Source: a virus
Direction: 5' to 3' (one strand)
DNA length: 6,325 bases
Virus record (IMG/VR): IMGVR_UViG_3300020030_000091
Coordinates: 1 to 6,325 of that record
In this document: in pieces, positions 1 through 4,847 of the stretch
Numbering within the stretch: the stretch's first letter is position 1
Layout of the letters: each line of letters begins with the position of its first letter
The notes under the pieces: generated by a model
What the model was told of the DNA's origin: nothing
Seen by the model: the letters and a program-made list of their open reading frames with translations, nothing else
Database searches by the model: none
Position numbers and translations under genes: made by a program

Positions 1-121
1 GGAACGCTGCGAAAACCGAACAGATAAGTGTTAGGATCACCAGCATCCAGGTCATCAATATTGGGAACGCAGGGAACATCCGCAATATCGTCCGTACAAG
101 TCTCAACAACCGAAACTTCCA
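1..121. repeat. Terminal direct repeat, copy 1. It is identical to 6205..6325 and reflects the assembly overlap of a circular genome.
   Basis: Base-by-base comparison by eye shows that 1..121 (ggaacgctgcgaaaaccgaac...caaccgaaacttcca) equals 6205..6325 with no mismatch. A single reading frame runs through the join. Confidence 0.97.
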
Positions 122-347
122 ATGTAGGGAGAAACTGTGGAGCATAAGTAAGAGTAACAAAATACACATAACGGAACTGGGCAGAATAAGTAGTAAGCAA
201 GTTAGTCTGAATACCAGAACGACGAAGGATACAAGAAGGACAATGCCCACAAGAAACAACAACGGGCTCATGTGTATACTTGTTGACAACCGTGCGAGGA
301 TGCTGACAACGAGTCACTAACTTATTCTGCAATTCCTTAGTAATCAT
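1..347 (-). CDS. VP4: Replication initiation protein VP4 (HUH rolling-circle endonuclease), N-terminal 115 codons plus 2 nt. It continues at 6204 after circularisation.
   Basis: My own translation from the ATG at 347..345 gives MITKELQNKLVTRCQHPRTVVNKYTHEPVVVSCGHCPSCILRRSGIQTNLLTTYSAQFRYVYFVTLTYAPQF... It contains the Cys/His cluster C14-H16...C33-G-H-C36-x2-C39 typical of microvirus VP4 N-termini. RCR motif 1, FVTLTY, lies at 144..161. The ORF is not in the track because it runs off the window edge. The frame joins 6204 exactly: ...FRSV-P(cc|t)-RSSSVR-L(ttg at 6185). Confidence 0.88.
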   Translation of the reverse strand, partial: MITKELQNKLVTRCQHPRTVVNKYTHEPVVVSCGHCPSCILRRSGIQTNLLTTYSAQFRYVYFVTLTYAPQFLPTLEVSVVETCTDDIADVPCVPNIDDLDAGDPNTYLFGFRSV

Positions 348-652
348 TTTCTATCAGTAAAATCAAGTTCCATCAGACGAGCCTTGCGACAACGTGCAAA
401 AGAAACGTGAACAAAAGTCCGATACTTTATAAGCTGGTCAAATTCAAAACCAGAATTTTTGATTTTCAAAATAAAATCATCCACTGAGATATCAAGAGGT
501 TTCAAATCAACAGCATCACCAGTCAGATGCTGGGAATTAGCAGAACCTCCACACGCTTCATTCTCTTTCTTAGTACGAAGAGCAGAAGTAACAGAGAAAT
601 GAAAGTTCCAACGAAGGAGCCATTCAATGAATTTCATTAATGCCGGATTCAT
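344..652 (-). CDS. Minimal M15-family (Peptidase_M15_3 / VanY-like, LAS-fold) zinc peptidoglycan peptidase; putative endolysin
   Basis: The 102-aa ORF carries the family signature TSALR-x4-N-x3-GG-x3-SQH-x2-G-x-A-x-D ... FDQLI ... FVHVS. The predicted zinc ligands are H42 (527..529), D49 (506..508) and H82 (407..409). The stop TGA (344..346) overlaps the VP4 ATG (345..347) as ATGA. No signal peptide or TM segment is visible. Confidence 0.8.
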   Translation of the reverse strand: MNPALMKFIEWLLRWNFHFSVTSALRTKKENEACGGSANSQHLTGDAVDLKPLDISVDDFILKIKNSGFEFDQLIKYRTFVHVSFARCRKARLMELDFTDRK

Positions 653-655
653 GAC

Positions 656-745
656 TTACGAAAATATTTGAGCAATAGACGTAAGGAGGCTAACAGCAGC
701 GGCGATAACTGCAGACCAAATTTTAGATTTAGTTTCACTTTTCAT
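656..745 (-). CDS. Unannotated 29-aa single-pass membrane peptide (MKSETKSKIWSAVIAAAVSLLTSIAQIFS); candidate holin-like or lysis accessory protein
   Basis: Hand translation runs from the ATG at 745..743 to the TAA at 658..656. The N-terminus MKSETKSK is lysine-rich and is followed by a hydrophobic stretch of about 20 residues. The ORF fills the otherwise unexplained gap between the 65-aa ORF and the peptidase. It overlaps the 65-aa ORF's 3' end by 11 nt and ends 3 nt before the peptidase ATG. It is too short for the ORF track. Confidence 0.4.
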   Translation of the reverse strand: MKSETKSKIWSAVIAAAVSLLTSIAQIFS

Positions 746-932
746 CAGGAATTGCTTTAAAGGTTGAACAATGAGAAATAATAAGCAAACAATCAGGGCG
801 AAGATGCGAAGAAACAAATGCAGAAACTTCGTCAACAGGAACGAGAATAGTTTCGTTCTGAGTAGGGGTTGTTTTTGATTGAACGGAGCACAAATAATAC
901 TTTTCCATAAATTTGAATTTTAAATTAGACAT
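735..932 (-). CDS. Hypothetical 65-aa protein, the first ORF downstream of the predicted promoter
   Basis: The ORF is on the coding strand. Its ATG at 932 is preceded by the A-rich leader TTTAAAAACA. It is packed against the next ORF. I recognise no motif in it. Confidence 0.5.
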   Translation of the reverse strand: MSNLKFKFMEKYYLCSVQSKTTPTQNETILVPVDEVSAFVSSHLRPDCLLIISHCSTFKAIPDEK

Positions 933-949
933 TGTTTTTAAAGACAGGG

Positions 950-982
950 CAAAGGTATAAATAAAAATTCAAAAGTAACAAA
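950..982 (-). promoter_or_regulatory. Bacteroidota-type (sigma-AB) promoter: -33 TTTG and -7 TAnnTTTG
   Basis: The minus strand reads TTTG (982..979), then 21 nt, then TACCTTTG (957..950), then 17 nt, then the ATG (932). This matches the Bacteroides consensus TTTG / TAnnTTTG with spacing in the roughly 19-21 nt range I recall. It sits at the downstream end of the only long noncoding region. Confidence 0.45.
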
Positions 983-1041
983 TGCTCATATGAATTATTA
1001 ACATAAATAATGATAAGCTATATGGGTGGCAGGCTGGTCTG

Positions 1042-1113
1042 TGAGTTTGCGTATATAAGACAAGAGGAGACTGAAAGCGATGAGGTAAATCGCTTTCCCT
1101 TCGGGCAAACTCA
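1042..1113. other. Extended imperfect hairpin (inverted repeat) in the noncoding region
   Basis: The outer stem tgagtttgc (1042..1050) pairs perfectly with gcaaactca (1105..1113), 9 bp. The inner stem gaaagcga (1073..1080) pairs with tcgctttc (1090..1097), 8 bp, with a 9-nt loop tgaggtaaa. An asymmetric internal loop (22 nt against 7 nt) separates the stems. Its 22-nt arm contains the purine run aagaggaga. Confidence 0.6.
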
Positions 1114-1130
1114 TGTAGGTTTCACCAATT

Positions 1131-1148
1131 TATATTTTTATATTTTTA
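1131..1148. repeat. AT-only tandem repeat, tatatttt x2 plus ta
   Basis: 1131..1138 and 1139..1146 are both tatatttt. They are flanked by a short cacc (1123..1126) / ggtg (1149..1152) inverted repeat. The function is unknown; it could be a bend, an unwinding element or a promoter-like element. Confidence 0.5.
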
Positions 1149-1220
1149 GGTGTTTAGCAGCGACGGGAGAGAGAAGCTCACTGAAAAACTGTCTACGCGT
1201 TGCAAACGTCAAGCTCTAAG

Positions 1221-1320
1221 GAAGGCAGTACTATAGCCTGGCGGCTCTGATTCCAGTCCTAACGTCCCGGAATTCAGGGGGTGTATAACCACGCTACGCG
1301 CGGTTGCCGGAAGTTACTCC
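1221..1320. other. GC-rich island with short helices inside the noncoding region; function unknown (candidate ssDNA origin, ncRNA or attachment element)
   Basis: My hand count gives 57 G+C in 100 nt. That compares with about 18 percent for 961..1020 and about 38 percent in a sampled coding stretch (3001..3060). A hairpin at 1287..1305 on the minus strand (AACCGCGC-GUA-GCGUGGUU) has 8 pairs including one G.U. The same position is an A.C mismatch on the plus strand. Confidence 0.45.
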
Positions 1321-1357
1321 AAACAACAAAACCCGGCACGTATCAAGTACGACCGGG
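1321..1357 (-). terminator. Rho-independent terminator downstream of VP2
   Basis: The minus strand reads CCCGG-U-CGUA-CUUGA-UACG-UG-CCGGG (1357..1332), with 5 bp plus 4 bp stems and a 5-nt loop. It is followed directly by UUUUGUUGUUU (1331..1321). It lies about 20 nt after the VP2 stop TAG (1377..1379). Confidence 0.6.
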
Positions 1358-1376
1358 CAATGTTTAAAAAAAAATA

Positions 1377-2474
1377 CTAATGCCGAGAAAAGGACTTAGA
1401 AATAACTCTACGAGGCAAGAAATTGCCTATAGTATTACCAATGCTAGTGCCATATTCGACCCATTTATCAGCATCAAAATACCTATACCTTTTCTTTTCA
1501 TTTCGAGAACGATACCATTCCTCAATATTCTTACTGCGAGCATTATCTTGAGAAAGACCAAGCCTGAGTTCTTCCTTATGATAAGCCGCAGAAGATTCAT
1601 TAGCCGCAATATTGGCAGCAATTTGAGACTCAGCAATACGAGAAGCAACTTCATTAGAAATATTTTGACCACGAGTTCGAGCAGCAGCCAAAGCTTCTTC
1701 AGCCAAAGATTTTTTAGCTTCAGCATAAGAAAGATAACCAGAAGACATGCGCTGGTAGTAATCCGCAGCCTTAACATTTAGGTCAAATTGTTGTTGTTGG
1801 TCAAGATACTTGTTCAAAACGCCTTTAGCCTCATTATCAAGAAGCATACCAGAACGTTGAGCACGCATAATAAGACCGGTCATTGCCAGGTTATCAACTT
1901 CTTGTTGTTCCTTAGCGTAACCAAGTTGAGCACGAGCTAGTCCAGTAGACCTCAAATAATTACGAGTTTCATCAGTAAGCTTTCCCCAATCAATATTAGA
2001 GAGGGTTTCCATGGCTTTAGCATCAGCAAGTTGTCTAGCGCCTTGCAATTGAGACTTTTCAGATTGCATCAACTCATATTGAAAAATATTGCCAATAGAA
2101 GAACCGACACCAGAATAATCAGCCTGAAAAGGTTGCATAACAGCACTTCCAGAAGAAGAAGCAGAAGCACCAGTACCAGCTGATTGAGCAACACCAGCTG
2201 AACCTCCGTTCATCATCAGATAAGGATTCAAACCAGCTTCCTCGAGACGTTGGCGTTGGGCAGAAGCAGTGTTATAAGCATTTTCCTTATTCCACATATT
2301 TTCCTGCCAATTACGCTGCTGTATCGCCATAAGTTCGTTAAACTGGTTATTCATCTGATTGATTTTGTAATTCATCTGGTTAGTCTCCTTGACATTTTGT
2401 CTATTCTGCGAATTTTGAATAGAAGAAGAGCCAGCACCAAGAAGACCACCAGCGATTGAACCAAAAAGACCCAT
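1377..2474 (-). CDS. VP2: VP2 minor capsid / DNA pilot protein (functional analogue of phiX174 H)
   Basis: The 365-aa ORF has a Gly/Ser-rich N-terminus and an Asn/Gln-rich segment. It then has the motif NWQENMWNKENAYNTASAQRQRLEEAGLNPYLMM, which matches the conserved VP2 core of gokusho- and alpa-type microviruses (..W.E.M.N.AY.....D...AGLNP.L). The C-terminal half is Ala/Glu/Gln-rich and looks coiled-coil-like. The start ATG (2474..2472) overlaps the upstream stop as TAATG. Confidence 0.85.
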   Translation of the reverse strand: MGLFGSIAGGLLGAGSSSIQNSQNRQNVKETNQMNYKINQMNNQFNELMAIQQRNWQENMWNKENAYNTASAQRQRLEEAGLNPYLMMNGGSAGVAQSAGTGASASSSGSAVMQPFQADYSGVGSSIGNIFQYELMQSEKSQLQGARQLADAKAMETLSNIDWGKLTDETRNYLRSTGLARAQLGYAKEQQEVDNLAMTGLIMRAQRSGMLLDNEAKGVLNKYLDQQQQFDLNVKAADYYQRMSSGYLSYAEAKKSLAEEALAAARTRGQNISNEVASRIAESQIAANIAANESSAAYHKEELRLGLSQDNARSKNIEEWYRSRNEKKRYRYFDADKWVEYGTSIGNTIGNFLPRRVISKSFSRH

Positions 2475-2956
2475 TATTCAGAGGAAGCAGCATCAGCGGA
2501 AGCAGCAGCCGCTTTTTCTGCCTCTTGTTTAGCATTTTCAGCATCAATCAAATCCCGGGCCTGGGCTTCAAGATTTTCAGCATAAGCCGACAAGTCCTTA
2601 GACCAGGCAATAATTTCAGAAGGAGACTGAACATGACGGGAACGAACCGTTGACAAAAGGTCATCATCAGACATCGTATCCATAATCTGCTGAATCTGGG
2701 ACACAGATTGCCTGGTTTGTCCGAACCTGGAAGCAACGGCAAGACCAGCACGGGAAGCCAAGTCCTTGGTATGAAGAATCAAACGGACATCAGAAGTGTA
2801 ACGAACAGGACGAGTTTCGTCAGAATCGTCAATTTCTACACGAAGGCTCTCGGTAGAATCGAACTCGGGAGCAACTGCAAAAGCATCCGGCGCAACATTG
2901 GGAATAAGCCCGGAACCTTGTTCCAGACTATTCAAAGAATTAAATTTTCCAATCAT
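2474..2956 (-). CDS. Hypothetical acidic 160-aa protein; by position and size possibly an internal scaffolding (VP3-like) protein
   Basis: The ORF lies between VP1 and VP2 on the coding strand, with its ATG 14 nt after the VP1 stop. It has acidic clusters (EIDDSDE, MSDDDLL) and an Ala/Glu-rich C-terminus. Its stop TAA shares one base with the VP2 ATG. The scaffold assignment is inference only. Confidence 0.6.
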   Translation of the reverse strand: MIGKFNSLNSLEQGSGLIPNVAPDAFAVAPEFDSTESLRVEIDDSDETRPVRYTSDVRLILHTKDLASRAGLAVASRFGQTRQSVSQIQQIMDTMSDDDLLSTVRSRHVQSPSEIIAWSKDLSAYAENLEAQARDLIDAENAKQEAEKAAAASADAASSE

Positions 2957-2970
2957 AATTAAAACAAATT

Positions 2971-4845
2971 TTAGTAAGGTACACCATCGCGAGACAAATT
3001 ACGGGCAACATAGCAACCAATATAGGAATTAATCAACAATTGGTCAGTATCCCAAGTAGAATCGGCATTAACGCCAAAAATAGGATCAAGAACAGAAGGG
3101 TTAACCTTGAAGAACTTATAATTCAAAACAACCCTAGTATTTTGATTAATATCACCATCAGAGTATCCAAAGCCAAACCATCCGGAAAGGAGAGATTCAG
3201 TAACCGGAGAAACCCAAGACTTAAGAGTAGTGGTAAAGGCACCGTTAATAACATCAAGCTTTGTCTTCCAATTATAATAACGAGGATTATAACCGGCATT
3301 AAACAAAGCGACAATAGAAGCTTTCGGAGAGTTGAAAATCTGTGTCATAGGAAGAACTTCCATGCCGATATTATCAAACTCCGGAATCGGGAGAGACTCA
3401 GCATCAGTAACAAGTAACTGACCATCCTGACCGGTCAAAGTATAATCAAGAAGAGGAACGGCATGATAAATACACATAACGACACAATGCTCATTAGTAG
3501 TATATTCAAAGGTTCCATTACCAGCACCGACACCCTTACCGGCAATAACAGCAGTATCTCCTTCTGTAGCAAGGTTATTATTCACAACCTCACTGATGTC
3601 AAGGTTACGGGAAATACCACCGATATAGGTGCACATATTGGAAAGAGCCTGGGGCAAGTTCACACCAAAATGTTTACGAATTTGTTCGCGGTAGTCGCTA
3701 TCACCAGATTGGCTGATTTCTTTCCAACGTTGAAGAGCTTCAGCCTGGCGAAGTGCAAGAACAGTGAACTGAGATTGCAAAGTAGACAAATCAACACGAA
3801 GAGAAGAACCAGAGGGAACAGTATTAGAAGTAGAAGCCTCTAAAGCAAAGAGAGGAACCGCAGAAGTCTTAGAAGAAACTGCAGAAGTAATACCAACTTT
3901 ACTCTTTTTGGAATCAGAACCTAAAACAACATCAGAAGCGCCAGAATCGGAAATATCAATAACAGCGACATCGCCAAACTGAGAATTCGGGAGAACACCC
4001 ATCAACAAATCCTTGTTCCAATTACAATATTTAAGGTCAAACATTGTATCGGAGTCCCAATAAGCATCACCAAGACCAGGAAGAGAAGATACCAAAGGAC
4101 CAGTAACACCGCTATAATAATCCACATTATAAGAAGATGGATTAGCACTTTCCCACTGCGACCAACGGAAAAAGTCCTGATAAATTTTCTGATAGGCCAA
4201 GAGAGGGAAAACATTCACATAATTATTCTGAATATATTGCTGAGAATAACTCTCTGAAGCAGTCTCATTCTTTAAAGAAGTAGACCACCAACGACAACCA
4301 GGAGAAGGCTTTGTCTCAATAAAATTCCCGTAGCCAAGATAAGATAATAACTTATAGGACAAATCGGCACGATAAAAACCAAACATGTTTCTTAGCGAAG
4401 AGTCAAAACCTGGATTCGCACTTGTCCCATTCATAATAACAAGAGCAGTGCTGAACATATTGATAGGAAGCGAGGGTATATAAGTGCCAAGAGTCAAGTT
4501 CTGAGAAAGGGACAAAGCTTGAACCTTATTAACATCCTGCATCTGAGTCAACACAGAAGGAGCAGACTTCCAGAGAAGACGCAACGGCACAGCATAAAAA
4601 TCAAAGTATTCACGCAACCGGGTATAAGCAGAAGTTTCAACAGGTTGAGTACGGGTAAAGTACTCGATACTGAGCCTATACTTATCTCCAGGCATAGAAA
4701 TATCCCAATAGACGGGAAGAAGCTCACCAACCTTTGCGGTAAACGCATTTTTACGTCCAATATCAAATCCAGAACGGTGAGGGTGATTCTGGAGATTGGA
4801 CATTCCAGTGTAAGAAGCCATAAAAAAACATTTAGAATTAAACAT
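2971..4845 (-). CDS. VP1: VP1 major capsid protein (F-like jelly-roll capsid protein of Microviridae)
   Basis: The ORF is 624 aa. Its N-terminal signature HPHRSGFDIGRKNAFTAKVGELLPVYWDISMPGDKY fits the conserved microvirus capsid pattern S.FD.....T...G.L.P.......PGD. The size is typical of alpa-type VP1. The true start may be the ATG at 4821 or 4803 rather than 4845. The first 8 codons include a T7 run, and MSNLQNHP resembles usual capsid N-termini. Confidence 0.93.
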   Translation of the reverse strand: MFNSKCFFMASYTGMSNLQNHPHRSGFDIGRKNAFTAKVGELLPVYWDISMPGDKYRLSIEYFTRTQPVETSAYTRLREYFDFYAVPLRLLWKSAPSVLTQMQDVNKVQALSLSQNLTLGTYIPSLPINMFSTALVIMNGTSANPGFDSSLRNMFGFYRADLSYKLLSYLGYGNFIETKPSPGCRWWSTSLKNETASESYSQQYIQNNYVNVFPLLAYQKIYQDFFRWSQWESANPSSYNVDYYSGVTGPLVSSLPGLGDAYWDSDTMFDLKYCNWNKDLLMGVLPNSQFGDVAVIDISDSGASDVVLGSDSKKSKVGITSAVSSKTSAVPLFALEASTSNTVPSGSSLRVDLSTLQSQFTVLALRQAEALQRWKEISQSGDSDYREQIRKHFGVNLPQALSNMCTYIGGISRNLDISEVVNNNLATEGDTAVIAGKGVGAGNGTFEYTTNEHCVVMCIYHAVPLLDYTLTGQDGQLLVTDAESLPIPEFDNIGMEVLPMTQIFNSPKASIVALFNAGYNPRYYNWKTKLDVINGAFTTTLKSWVSPVTESLLSGWFGFGYSDGDINQNTRVVLNYKFFKVNPSVLDPIFGVNADSTWDTDQLLINSYIGCYVARNLSRDGVPY

Positions 4846-4847
4846 TA

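Noticed and set aside
1-121. Terminal repeat considered as a biological direct terminal repeat or LTR-like element
   Set aside because: The VP4 reading frame passes seamlessly through the junction, and Microviridae genomes are circular. The repeat is therefore the overlap left by assembling or linearising a circle, not a genomic duplication.
1010-1219. 69-aa ORF on the plus strand inside the noncoding region
   Set aside because: It is on the strand opposite to every recognisable gene, and microviruses transcribe only one strand. I saw no promoter or ribosome-binding context and no recognisable motif. It spans the hairpin and the AT repeat, which are better read as noncoding signals.
1229-1237. 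ACTATAG match to part of the phiX174 origin (CAACTTGATATTAATAACACTATAGACCAC)
   Set aside because: Only 7 nt match. The core CTATAG is a palindrome, so it is uninformative about strand. The nick-site portion of the phiX origin (CAACTTGATA) is absent.
1224-1308. Possible tRNA or tRNA-like cloverleaf in the GC-rich island (three short hairpins closed by ggca/tgcc)
   Set aside because: There is no 7-bp acceptor stem and no GTTCRANYC T-loop. Nine nucleotides, not two, separate the closing stem from the first arm, and the arm lengths do not fit on either strand.
1021-1320. Small self-cleaving ribozymes (hammerhead CUGANGA...GAAA core, twister, HDV-like) in the noncoding region
   Set aside because: I found no CUGAUGA-type core on either strand. 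Resemblances to twister or HDV (GUCCC...GGGGG) are superficial and lack the required nested helices.
1427-1777. 116-aa extremely Leu/Lys-rich ORF in the +1 frame inside VP2, considered as a phiX174 E-like embedded lysis gene
   Set aside because: Its composition is what results from reading the repetitive Ala/Glu/Gln/Lys codons of the VP2 C-terminal half out of frame. The genome already has a dedicated peptidase module. Without comparative data it is most likely an artefact. The same applies to 2548..2751, 3123..3314, 4002..4214 and 4548..4766.
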